Shown piece by piece: positions 43,548 to 57,510 of a DNA stretch of 64,000 nucleotides. The stretch lies in NCBI RefSeq assembly GCF_006345805.1, contig NC_043004.1:71114001-71178000 (forward strand). Reading direction: 5' to 3'. The translations under genes were made by a program, and so were the position numbers. Every line of letters starts with the position of its first letter. Position 1 is the first letter of the stretch. This stretch comes from Octopus sinensis. Lineage: Eukaryota. A model generated the notes under the pieces. The model saw only the letters and a program-made list of their open reading frames with translations, was not told where the DNA came from and searched no databases.

Positions 43548-44619
43548 GTAATTATTCCCTTTAGTATATTTCTTTGTCTCATCCTTGCTTGAGGTCGTGC
43601 TGAATTTATTTTTATTTGAGAACATAATCCTTGTGGAGAATGGCGATTTGACGTGTATATCTAGCATGTTGACTGTCCACCTTTTCGGTTCAGTCCTTAA
43701 TTGGTATATATAAATATTTTAATCTTCGGATTCTTTTTATGTGCTAGACCACTGGTTTAATTGACTAATATCAATTTCTACCCTTAATTTTTAAAATATT
43801 ATATATATATCTATATCTATATATATATTATATTATATAGATATATCTATATATATATATAATGTATATATATATCTACATATATATATATATATATATA
43901 TCTATATATATATCTATCTAATATATATATATATATCTATATCTATATCTATATATATAGATATCTATATCTATATATATATATATCTATATCTATATTA
44001 TATATTATATATATATATATATCTATATCTATATATTATATCTATATCTATATATATATATATATCTATATCTATATATGGTATCCGTAATAATGAAGGG
44101 TGAAAAATTAATTTGGAATAATTATCAATACACCAGTAGTCTTCGGCATGTAAAAGCCTCATTTGAGGAAAATTTAAGTAATACTAAGCAATAAGGGTTC
44201 AGCAACGAATTGCCTACCACATACCGATTTTAGAAATAGCAGTCAAAGGGTTATAGCTATTTCTTCTACTAAAAAGGAGATATATATATATCTATATCTA
44301 TATCTATATCTATATCTATATCTATATATATATATCTATATATATATATCTATATCTATATAGATATATATATATATTATATCTATATCTATATCTATAT
44401 TATTATCTATATATATATATCTATATCTATATAGATATATATATATATAATATCTATATCTATCTCTATATATATCTATCTATATCTATATATATATTAT
44501 ATATATATATAATATATATATATATCTCTATATATATTAGATCTATATATTATATATATATCTATATCTATCTATATCTATATATATCTATATCTATATC
44601 TATATATTATCTATCTATA

Positions 44620-44652
<33 letters not shown>

Positions 44653-45220
44653 TCTATATATATATATATATATAGATATATATATATATATATAGATATA
44701 TATATATATATCTATATATATATATCATATATCTATATATAATCTATATATATCTATATATATATATATAATATCTATATATCATATATCTATATATATC
44801 TATATATATATCTAATATATATATATCTATATATATATATATATCTATATATCTATATATATTATATATATATATATATAATCTATATATTATAATATAT
44901 ATAGTATATATATATATCTATATCTATATAATATAATATTATATATATATTTTTTATAGATATAGATCTATATATATATATTATATATATCTTGATATTA
45001 TATATATATATATATATTATATATATATCTATATATATCTTTATATATATATCTATATATATCTATATATATATATATCTATATATATATATATATATTC
45101 GATCTATAGATATATATATCGATTATATATAATATATATATATTAGATTATATATTATATATATATATCTATATATATATATATAATCTATATATATATA
45201 TATCTATATATATATATATA

Positions 45221-45253
<33 letters not shown>

Positions 45254-46473
45254 ATAATATATCTATAATATATCTATATTCGATATATATATCGATATAT
45301 ATATATATATATATATATATCTAAGATATATCTAGAATATATATATATATCTATATATAGATATCTATATATATATATATATATCTATATCTATAGATAT
45401 ATCTTATATCTATATATGTCTATATATAATATATATATATATCTATCTATACTATATATATATCTATATCTATCTATATCTATATAGATATATATATCTA
45501 TATATATATCTATATATATATCTATCTATATCTATAATATCTATATATATATCTACATATATATTATCATAATATATATATAGATACTAAATATATATAT
45601 ATATATTATCTATATATATCTATATATATATTATGTCTATATATGATATATCTATAATCTATCTATATCTATATCTATATATATATATATTATATATATT
45701 ATATATATATATATTATATATACATCTATAATATATATATCGATTATATATATATATATATATATCTATATATATATATATATATATATATCTATATATA
45801 CTATATCTATATATATATATCTATATATATATATATCTATATATATATATCTATATATATATACATTATATATTTATATATCTATATTATATATATATCT
45901 ATCTTATATATATATATATATATATCTATATATATATATATTCTATAATATATCGCTATATATATATATATATATATATATCTATATATATATATATATA
46001 TCTATATATCTATAATATATATATATCTATATATATATATATTATATATATATTCTATATATATCTATATAATATAATATATATATTATTCTATATATAT
46101 ATCTATATATATATCTATATATATTCTATCTATATATATATATATCTATATATATATATCTATATATATATATCTATATATATATATTATCTATATATAT
46201 ATATCTATATATCTATATATATATATATCTATATATCTATATATATATAGATCTATATAATATATTCTATAATATATAATCTATATCTATATATATATAT
46301 CTATATAATATATATATCTATATATCTATAATATATATATATATATTATATATCTATAATATATATATCTATAACTATATATATATATCTATTATTATAT
46401 TATATATATATATATATATATATCTATATATATATATCTATTATATATATATATATATATATATCTCTATATA

Positions 46474-46508
<35 letters not shown>

Positions 46509-46684
46509 ATATATATATCTATATATATATCTATCTATATATATATATATCTAATATATATATATCTATATAATATATATCTATATAATATATCTCTATA
46601 TATATATATCTATATATCTATATATATATATATATCCCTTATATATCTATATATATAATCTATATATCTATATATATATATATC

Positions 46685-46718
<34 letters not shown>

Positions 46719-47179
46719 ATATCTATATATATATATCTATATATATATATATATATCTATATATCTATATCTAATATCTATATATATATATCTATATATA
46801 TATATATCTATATCTATATATATATATCTATATATCTATATATATATATCTATATATCTATATATATATATCTATATCTATATATCTATATATCTATATA
46901 TCTATATATCTATATCTATATATATATACCTATATATATATCTATATATATATCTATATATATATATCTATATCTATATATATATATATATTCTATATAT
47001 ATATATAGATATATATATATGTAGATATCTATATATATAGATATATATAGATATATAGATATATATATATGATAGATATATATAGATATATATATATATA
47101 TATATAGTAGATTGATAATATATATATATAGATATAGATATATATATATATAGATATCTATCTATTATATATATATATA

Positions 47180-47752
47180 ACTGTAGAATAACTTAGAAAG
47201 GTTTTTGGCCAGTATTGGCCCAGGCCATGTCTAACTTAATAGCACCACCTGGCGAAAGTCTTTCAGTTCAGGATTTGGGCACCAAGGCCCTTCGAGCAGA
47301 GAGTTATTGTTTTGCAGAGACATTCGGGTGTGGGTGGTTTGTCGGTACTGTTTGAAGGAATTTGTCCAAAGACTTCTTGAATTTTGTGTGATCAGTTTCT
47401 TTTTGACGTGTCACTGTTGTAATGTTGAAGAGAGCGGTCCAATTGAGGTGAAATAGTTGTGCCGTATTGTCGTTATGTGATGCGATTAATTTTTTGTTGT
47501 GGACGGATGGCACGTGGTCCAAGCCTTGGATGCATTTGAAGGTGATGCCAACATCATTCGGACAGTGCTGATGGAATATTTTCACATTCATACAGAAATG
47601 TAGCGTTCACGGCGTCGTTGTGGAGTGAATACAATTTCAGCTTCTCTAGTCTACCCCAGTAGTCAAGGTCTGACATGCCATCTATCTTTTTTGTGATTGA
47701 CCTTGGGGAGCTTCAATTCTCATAATATTTGTTTTGTGTAGGGAGACCACAG
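47180..47752 (-). mobile_element. Second copy of the CR1-like 3' end, with many 1-2 bp indels
   Basis: Colinear with 38190-38780. Confidence 0.85.
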
Positions 47753-48838
47753 TTTTATATCTATATATATATCTATATCTATATATATATCTATATTATA
47801 ATCTATATCTATATATATATATCTATATATATATATATCAATATATATCTTATATATATATATCTATCTATATATATATATATCTATATATATATATATC
47901 TATATATATATTATATCTAGATCTATATATATATATCTATATAATCTATATATATATATCTATATTATATATATATATCATCTATATATATATTATCTAT
48001 ATATATATATATCTATATATATATCTCTATATATATATGATATCTATATATATCTATATCTATAATATATATATCTATATATTATATCATATATGTATAT
48101 CTATATATATATCTATATATATATCTATATCTATATATATATCTATATATATATCTATATCTATATAATATATCTATATATATATATCTATATATATATC
48201 TATATATATATATCTATATATCTGTAATATATATATCTATATATATATATATATATCTATATCTAAACATCTATATCTATAATATTTAATATTTTAATTC
48301 TTATGTTTCCTAAAACTTGATTTCGAAACGTACGTCCGTGGATAACTTTAAAATGTTTGATAGATGGCGGTTAATTCATTCATCTCTTACCTGTTTGTGT
48401 CAGCCTTCCAATTGCTGTTTTTTACTGAGATCTCCCTTTTTAGTAGAAGAAATAGCTATAAACCCTTTGACTGCTATTTCTAAATTCGGTATGTGGTAAG
48501 GCAATTCGTTGCTGAAACCCTTATTGTTAGTATTACTTAAATTTTCCTCAAATGAGGCTTTTACATGCCGAAGACTACTTGGTTGTAATGATAATTATTC
48601 CAATTAATTTAATTTCACCCTTCATTATTACGGATAACCATATTTTATCTCAGTAGATGACTACAGCATCTTGTTTTGGCTACACGCGGGTGGGAAGGGG
48701 CTGTTGACACAATCGTTTCATTCACAAATTGAATTCGGTGATACTAGTTGAGGATTCTAGCTCGCCTCTGATACTGAGTTGAGTTGGTACCTCCTAGTAT
48801 CTCAAAATTCAATATATATCATTTATGATTATAGTATT

Positions 48839-48942
48839 CCACGCTGAAGAGAAAAGAAGTTTTCGGTAAGATAGAATTATTTAATATTTAATATTTTAAT
48901 TCTTATGCTTTCCTAAAACTGATTCGAAACGTACGTCCGTGG
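48839..48942 (+). ncRNA. Minimal type I hammerhead ribozyme motif, family A, copy 1
   Basis: CCACG-CTGAAGA-[long stem II hairpin]-GAAAC-GTAC-GTC-CGTGG. Stem I is a perfect 5 bp; predicted cleavage after 48937. Confidence 0.8.
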
Positions 48943-49435
48943 ATAACTTTAAAAATGTTTGATAGATGCGGTTAATTCATTCTCTCTTACCTGTTTGTGT
49001 CAGCCTTCCAATTGCTGTTTTTACTGAGATCTCCCTTTTTAGTAGAAGAAATAGCTATAACCCTTTGACTGCTATTCTAAATTCGGTATGTGGTAAGGCA
49101 ATTCGTTGCTGAACCCTTATTGCTTAGTATTACTTAAATTTTCCTCAAATGAGGCTTTTACATGCCGAAGACTACTTGGTGTAATTGATAATTTATTCCA
49201 AATTAATTAATTCACCCTTCATTATTACGGATAACCATATTTATTCTCAGTAGATGACTACAGCATCTTGTTTTGGCTACACGCGGGTGGGAAGGGGCTG
49301 TTGACACAATCGTTTCATTCACAAATTTGAATTCGGTGATACTAGTTGAGGATTCTAGCTCGCTCTGATACTGAGTTGAGTTGGTACCTCCTATATCTCA
49401 AAATTCAATATATAATCATTTATGATTATAGTTTT

Positions 49436-49540
49436 CCACGCTGAAGAGAAAAGAATTTTCGTTAAGATCAGAATTATTTAATATTAATATTTTAATTCTT
49501 ATGCTTTCCTAAAACTTGATTTCGAAACGTACGTCCGTGG
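49436..49540 (+). ncRNA. Minimal type I hammerhead ribozyme motif, family A, copy 2
   Basis: Same architecture; predicted cleavage after 49535. Confidence 0.8.
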
Positions 49541-51002
49541 ATAACTTTAAAAATGTTTGATAGATTGCGGTTGAATTTTCATTCTCTCTTACCTGTTTGT
49601 TCAGCCTTCCAATTGCTGTTTTTACTGTAGAAGAAATAGCTATAAACCTTTGACTGCTATTTCTAAATTCGGTATGTGGTAAGGCAATTCGTTGCTGAAC
49701 CCTTATTGTTAGTATTACTTAAATTTCCTCAAATGAGGCTTTACATGCCGAAGACTACTTGGTGTAATTTAATTATTTCCAAATTAATTAATTTCACCCT
49801 TCATTATTACGGATAACTATATATAAATATATATATATATATTATAATATTATATATATATATATTATATATATAATATATATATATATATATATGCATA
49901 TGTACGAGTATATGCGTATGTTGGGGTCTGTAGATGTCTCTTAGGTGATGGTTCAGTAACTAATTTTTTATGAGCGAATACTACTCATTAACACGTAGGG
50001 TAATGTTTTACTAGATATGTGTGTACATGTATATTTATACATAGATATATATATAGATATATATACACAAACTTCTATATGTATATATATATACACAAAA
50101 AAACACACACACACATGCATATCGCCGTACATTGATGTATACACACATTCGTACATACTGAGAAGCTTGCATTCATATTATTGAATGCATCTATCTATAA
50201 TGTGATACGCTTTTATATGTATGTATGTATACATATAACATATACATATATCTCTAGGGGAATTTCATTTGGTTTGTTTTTGTGTATGTGCGTTGTGGCA
50301 TGGTGTGTGTGTGTTTGTGTGTTGTGTGTGTCATTAATCCAGATATACGAAGTTTGTGTCAGTGATTTTATTTCGTTATTGGAATATTCTGGCACACGAA
50401 ACGATATCTTTAATTATACCAAAGTCAATTTATTTAATTCAGTGCAAATATTAATTTGGACTAAATTATTCATAGATTTTTCTCTTGCGTATTTTACCGG
50501 TACAAAATCGAGAATTATTATTCATTAGAAAAGACTAGAAATGAAAAAAAAAAAATAAAAGCATTACATAAAACATACAATATTAATAATTATTATTATT
50601 AGATTTGAATATTTAAGATATTTTAAAACCTAATCAAATTGAATTTGATGCGAAAGTTGTAAAAATAGACAAAGAATAAAATAATATTGGTAAGTTGACA
50701 AGTTTGTACGATGGCAAATTCTCATTTGCAACAATTTCTTTTCAGAGAAATATTTCCTTCACAATGATTATTATCGATCAAAGAAGGATAGTGCCAACTG
50801 AGATCTCAAAGACAGGTAACCCAAATACTAGAATCGAGGAAAATTATTTGCAGTATTTATTATTATTGTTTTGTTTTCGTTAGTAGCCACTAAACTCCTA
50901 TCTGTGGCTAAATGGAATGCAGTGAGAGGAAGACAGGTCTTTTAAAAACTGAGTTGTACGAAAGTATTGTCCATAATTGAATAATTATGAATTTAATTGA
51001 AA

Positions 51003-51391
51003 TCTCTCTCTATATATAAGCTGAAGTTGTCTGGTATGGCAGGTTTGGTAGCCTCAATTAACACTATCTCCTCCGAGACCCTGCGGCGCAAGTTGACCAA
51101 AATTGAGAGTATGATAGAAGAAGGCTTGCTCTTTCTTCATAGAAGAAAAATTTTAAATCGGAACATGTTAACACCAAAAATTATTTACATCAAAAAGGTG
51201 CTTATTTTCTATGAAAAATCTCTATTTCATTACGATTTCTGACTGCTGTGTCGCCATTTTTCGGTGTTTCAACCAGAACAATGTTCACTTAAATTGAATA
51301 ACAATCTACATAATGCAAAATTTGTACTTTTCAAAAATTCAAATTCTAAAGGGTCGAAACAAACCCGAGCAACGCCGGGCGATACTGCTAG
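51003..51391 (+). mobile_element. Non-autonomous Helitron
   Basis: A|TCtctctctatatataagctgaagttg at the 5' end; aaacccgagcaacgccgggcgatactgCTAG|T at the 3' end, identical to the 13122 terminus. Confidence 0.78.
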
Positions 51392-51959
51392 TGAAGAATA
51401 CGCGTAACAACAGCATGTTTTCATAGTGTTACGTTCAGTGATCGTTTCAATAAACCCGTCATACACACAACAATACATTTGATGTAAACCGTTTCACTGC
51501 GATCATTATTCATTAATGTTGTTAAATATTTAGCAAAAGTAAAAGTCACGCTGTCCCACAAAAGCTTGATAGATCTCATGAAATATAGTTTGATATATGA
51601 CATTTTCAACAAATGACAGATTGGAATATAAATCTGATTTTGGAGTGAAGAGTACTGAAGATTAGAACGAAAAATGCCTTATTTCTCCATTTAAAAAGTC
51701 ACAACAACCACAAATATATTACATGTTGGGCTGGTATTGCAACGAACAAACTGAAAAGAGATTAATCATATTGCAGAGATATTGTCACTAAAATCTCAGA
51801 ATATCGTACAACACAATTAGTAACGGAGTATCTGAAAGTAGTTGCCCAGTCGCCAAGATCCATAAGACCGAAACCCTGGAATATCTACAGAACTCTGTGT
51901 GTGCGCGTGTGTGTGCGTGTGTTATATGTGTGTCTGTGTGTATATCTATATGTGTATAT

Positions 51960-52200
51960 AGGGAATGCGAGACTAATGACCGGCAGCAGGGCTCATATAC
52001 ATGCTTAAGAAGGAAGCGAGAGTTGAATACAGAGAGATGATAAGAGCACGAGATAATTAAGAATAAAACAATTATCTAGTGAACTTCATTAGCTCACAGC
52101 TGTTTCTGCTATAGAAATACAGTGGGTTCATAGCTGACAGAGCACTACGTAAGCACGCATACATTTAACGTAGTCTGAGGCAGATTTTGCTTGAAACTGA
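51960..52200 (-). mobile_element. Dispersed repeat with degenerate hammerhead-like core (homolog at ~57660-57840)
   Basis: The two loci align (gggaatg...catgcttaaga...gtgaacttcattagct...gtttc). Minus strand reads ctatga...GAAAC-ag(c/t)t-GT(G/C)-agct. Confidence 0.5.
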
Positions 52201-53327
52201 ATGTGACAAGGCTGGTCCTTGAAATACAGCACCAGTCATTGTTTTTTTACAACGTGTGTGGGCTGCAGAAACATAAAGTAAAGTTCGAGGCTGGAGGGCA
52301 CAATGTACCGCCAGCAATCTAACTCACGTCTTATGATGTTGAGCCGACTACCCTGACCACAGAGTCACGCTCTTTTACACTCACACACACGCGCACACAC
52401 ACAACATATGCATAAATATATAATATATATATGAGTGTGTGTGTGTATGTATCTGTTTTGGTTTAACTAGGTGTGCAAATTTATATTTTGTGTACAAAAG
52501 CCCTCACGAGCTTAAAATACACTCTCGCACATAAAACCGCGTGCACACGCATGCGCAAAGCTACACACTACTACGCACGGCTGACTCCCGGAAAATAGAA
52601 AATTCATCGAGCATTCTCATTACATATTAGCTTCAAATTTTGGCACAAGGCCAGTAAATTCGTGTTTCGAGGTAAACACGATACATCAATCCAGTGATTT
52701 TTCGATCTCAAAATGATGAAAAAGCAAAGTCGACCCTGGTAGAATTTCAACTCAAAATGGGTGAAATGCCGCTAAGCATTTTGTCGAGTGTACTGAAAAT
52801 TCTACCAGATCCTCGCCTTATTGTCGTCAAATATTACTGGTACTTACCAAAAGATGAGAGCCTCAGAAGATGTGAATGTTGTATGAAAGCACTGCACACA
52901 ACTGATTTTAATGAGCATCTAGAAATTGCCGTAAGCAAGTACCAGATTTCCATTAGCGATTCCAAGGATATTTACTACGTATCGAGGTTAAACAAATGTG
53001 AAGGGACAACTTAGATTCTCCTCTATTTCATAAACGGTATGAAATTCCTGTCTGTGAGGAATCACTTGACTCTCAGCATTCTTTCCAACAATCTTGTTTT
53101 CTAAATGTATATATTTGCACTCTCTTCTGTATAAATCGCTTGTTGCCACGCAGTCATGCATTTAAATACTTCAGACATACACATAATACATACATAAGAT
53201 AACGTCGTTATCTAACTATCTATCTATCAATCAATCTATCTATCTATATATATATATGTTTATATATATATATATATATATATTATATATGTGGTTTATC
53301 TCTATTGTTATCTTACCGTTTTTACCA

Positions 53328-53361
<34 letters not shown>

Positions 53362-53371
53362 TATATATGTT

Positions 53372-53537
53372 TGTGGAGGCGCAATGGCCTAGTGGTTAGG
53401 GCAGCGGACTCGCGGTCGTAGGATCGCAGTTTCGATCCCAGACCGGGAATTGGTTTATTGAGCGAAAACACCTAAAAAGCTCCACGATGCTCCGACAGAG
53501 GGCGGTGATCCCTGCTGTACTCTTTCACCACTCTTTC
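53372..53537 (+). mobile_element. tRNA-derived SINE head (third family)
   Basis: ggcgcaatggcctagtggttagggcagcggactcgcggtcgtaggatcgcagtttcgatccc: box A tggcctagtgg and box B gtttcgatcc, followed by non-tRNA sequence. Confidence 0.7.
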
Positions 53538-53718
53538 TGTGACCAGCGAGTGTAAAACATTTGATGGTCTGGTCTGGTCGGTCACGTGATCACGTGATAT
53601 ATATATATATATATTAACACATATATATAAACATATAAACACATTATATATATAAACATATATATATAAACATAAATATAAACATAAAACATCAGATGTT
53701 TTAACATCGCTGGTCACA
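53538..53718. mobile_element. MITE-like element with ~29-bp imperfect terminal inverted repeats
   Basis: tgtgaccagcgagtgtaaaacatttgatg versus catcagatgttttaacatcgctggtcaca. Confidence 0.55.
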
Positions 53719-53873
53719 ATGCGTGCCATATATATATAGGCAGAATTCACGAAAAAAAGACGAAGAAGGTGGTGCAGACAACAGATGTATTAGTTTAACG
53801 CTGGGAAAAGAAAAAGTCTTTAACGTTTCGAGCCTATGCTCTGCCACAGAAAGGAACACAGAAAGAAACAAGG

Positions 53874-53929
<56 letters not shown>

Positions 53930-53954
53930 ATATAAGTATGCTTGCATCTATGAA

Positions 53955-54007
<53 letters not shown>

Positions 54008-54070
54008 ATGATTGCATCTATGAATCTACCTACCAACTATGTATGTATGTATGTATGTTATGTATGTATG

Positions 54071-54107
<37 letters not shown>

Positions 54108-54132
54108 TAAATATATATATAGATATATATAT

Positions 54133-54170
<38 letters not shown>

Positions 54171-54281
54171 CATACATACATACATACATACATACATACA
54201 TGAGTTGGTAGGTAGATTCATAGATGCAAGCATACACATATACATACACCACACACAAACATATATATATATGCATAGGGG

Positions 54282-54316
<35 letters not shown>

Positions 54317-55450
54317 ATATGTATATGTATATATGTATATGTATATATATATATATGTATGTATATGTATATATGTATATATGTATATGTATGTATGTAT
54401 AGTATATATGCATATCTTTTTCTGTTCTTGTATACAGCTTCTTTTGTGTGTTTTATATAGTCCACGTAAAATCATATTTTATTAGAATCGTGTGAGATTA
54501 TGCGCACGTATCTTGTCTACTTCACCATCAAAACCACAGTCGAAAAAAAAAAACGACCAGTAGTAAATTCGGTCAGGTGGAAAGATTGCCCAATTCATGT
54601 AGCCACGAGTAGCACCAATAATGCTTATATAATATCAAAGTCAAAGAGAAAAATCAAAAAATGTAAGACAATAACATAACGAACAGCAACAACAGTAAAA
54701 ACCCGATCTCTAAAACATCTATATTTCTATTTAAAACTTATTTTATATAAACACAAAATAGATTTCTTGTCATTCTAAGTGAACATTTACCAAGATTGAC
54801 ACATAAATTCTTTAAATCGTCTTCAGCATCACCTAGCAATGGAAGATAAATTGACGTTGGTTAACGTTCAATTTTATTCAACGTCGATATATGAAGCTTA
54901 CTTTTGTTCTTCCAGATTTTATCTCGATGGTATTCTTTGTTGTTTAATATGGAGTTACCGTTGTGTTGTTCTCATGATGTCGGAATAGAAATTGAGATGA
55001 GAGAAGGAGAAAAACTCGTTTAAGCAAGGCGTGGGGGTGTGTGATGTGTAATTGCTATTTAAGCGACCAACAATTGTAAATATGTAAGACAAAAATGAAA
55101 AAAAGAAAGAAACAAATTAAAGCACTTTTCTTTGAGTAAATACATTGAACAGGGATACACGAAGGAAAGAGGTATTACCATTTTATTTATGGAAACACAC
55201 ATACACACACTCACACATGCACACATTTGCGTGCACACTCTCATGTGTGTGTATACTTGAGTATGTGTGTTCGAGTGTACATATAGACATACATACGACC
55301 ATCTACATCTCTAACCTCCTATGTATCTATCTATCTATCTATCTATTATTATGTCTGTCTCTCTATTTATCTATCTATATACCTATCTATCTATATATAT
55401 CTATATATCTATATACAAATATATGTATAATTAGAAAGAGAGATCTAGAT

Positions 55451-55481
<31 letters not shown>

Positions 55482-55978
55482 GATATATCAGCATGGCCGC
55501 AGCTCTGAGCTGAAACTAGAGAAAAATGTTATGTATATGTATATATATATTATATAAAATATATATGTTCATTTATATAGATAGATATATACGTATGAAT
55601 GTATATATATATAAATATATGTATGTATGTATGCGTGTGCATGAGCGCGTTGTATGTGCGCGCATATTTTAAAACACATTTATTATTATTGATATATTTA
55701 TATATATTTATAGGAAAACCTCCTTTATAAAAATAAGTTACATCGTCCCCACTTTTTTGTTTGCTTTTGTAACAAAACCTAAGGTTATGAATGTTTCACT
55801 ATAAAATACAGCCATCGCACACACACACACACACAACATGTATATATACGCTTGTATATGTATTTATAGATATATATGCATGTAAATATACACGTATATT
55901 ATATATATATATATATACACACCTATTTCTATCTCTCTCTCTAATATATATATGTATTTATATATACATATATACAAT

Positions 55979-56042
<64 letters not shown>

Positions 56043-56894
56043 GTATGTATGTGTATGCAGTCTATGTGTGTGAATGTTCGTGGTAAAAATAGATGTGTGC
56101 GTAGATTTATGTATAGACATAAACGTTTGTATATTTCTTTCGGATTTTCTGTGTGCGCGCGCATGTTACGAGCGTGCGTATTAAAACATTAATGCCGATC
56201 ACAATAGCCTCCATCAAATATTGAATCGGTATTCAAGTGCAAAGCCAGAGAGAGAGAGAGAGAGTGTGTGTGTGTAAGAGAGAGAGAGACACGGGGGGAA
56301 GAGCATGTTATATTTGAAAGAAAAGAAAGACGTGATCGTGCAAGCATTAAGTGCATTACTCGTAAGAAAAGCAAGCGAGGCATCAAAGCTAGAAGCAGAG
56401 AGAACATGAACGCAGGTCATTGGACAATATTAAAGCTTTGTACAAAAACACAAAAGCTTGGTTATAAAGTGAAAACGAAGTGAATTTGTAAATGTATATT
56501 CCATCTATTTCCTTTCGGCGCGTAATACAAGTTTTATAATCCTAATAAGGACACTGTGTTGTATAAATGTCGTTTTGTACAATAAATTTAGTTTTCGTAA
56601 ATAGTTCATTGAAATATGAGAGGTGCTGTAATTGTTGTTTATCTTGTCGCTGGTTGCTGTTGCTGTTTTCTGCTGTTAAGTTTCATTATATTATTTTTAT
56701 CTACCGTAGGAGAGATTAATAAATTCATGTGAGTGTTTAATTAATGTTTAATGCTAATGATTATGTAAGTAATTATAGCGAAGATGCTACAAGATGACTG
56801 TACGAACAAAGACGTCTATGAAGGTATCGTTAGTTTATATTCACGCACATATTTATACTGCGTATATGTGTGTGTTTGTTATTTCTGTCTGTCT

Positions 56895-57100
56895 ATATGT
56901 ATGTATGTATGCATGTATGTATGTATGTATGTATGTATGTATGTATGTATGTGTGTATGTATGTATGTATGTATGTATGTATGTATGTATGTATGTATGT
57001 ATCATGTATGTATGTATGTATGTATGTATGTATGTATGTATGTATGTATATATGTATGTATGTATGTGTGTGGTATGTATGTATGTATGTATGTATGTAT
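56895..57100. repeat. (ATGT)n microsatellite
   Basis: Seen directly. Confidence 0.95.
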
Positions 57101-57102
57101 GT

Positions 57103-57510
57103 AGTATGGTCGGGTCGTCGGCGACTAACCGGCAAACCCTCCAAGCTTGCTTGGTGAGGAGGGTGTTTATCGGACACCCTGCGGGATGAATAACAAAACC
57201 CGTCAAAGGGCGGAGGAATCCTTGAGAGTCAACGGCCATCCAATAAATGTCTTAAGGCGGTATCATGCGTAGGGACATAGAAATAATCGGACTGAATACC
57301 CGATCGCGCGGTTAAACCGTTAGGAGTGAAGGACTCCTAGCCTTTGTTAGGGCATCCTTCTAGGAGAAGGTAACTCAGGTAACTGGGATGACTCCGACAT
57401 AAAACCTGCGACTCAGTGGTTACCGATGATGTTGACTTGTTCTTCTTTTCGGATTATGGCTGCTGTTGCTTAGTGAGTGGGATTGACTCTGTGCACAGCC
57501 TTTACTTAGT
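57103..57510 (+). mobile_element. GC-rich island resembling an RTE-clade 5' UTR (tentative)
   Basis: gggcatccttctaggagaaggtaactc...taaaacc resembles a motif I recall from RTE 5' UTRs. No ORF follows. Confidence 0.35.

Larger units (their letters stand above)
40141..48285. repeat. Very long degenerate (TA)n/(TATC)n tract with embedded repeat islands
   Basis: Seen directly. Islands at ~40790-41190, 43400-43800, 44089-44281 and 47180-47752. Confidence 0.95.
48285..49817 (+). repeat. ~600-bp head-to-tail tandem (about 2.5 units), non-coding, carrying hammerheads; inverted partial copy at 44089-44281
   Basis: gaaacgtacgtccgtgg recurs at 48325, 48926 and 49524. Confidence 0.92.

Noticed and set aside
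53372-53450. Possible tRNA gene
   Set aside because: A and B boxes are present but there is no clean acceptor stem, and it continues into repeat sequence; treated as a SINE head.
56616-56732. Short hydrophobic ORF MRGAVIVVYLVAGCCCCFLLLSFIILFLSTVGEINKF with a possible gtgagt donor
   Set aside because: Only 38 codons, no recognisable homology or partner exon; AT-rich DNA often yields hydrophobic ORFs.
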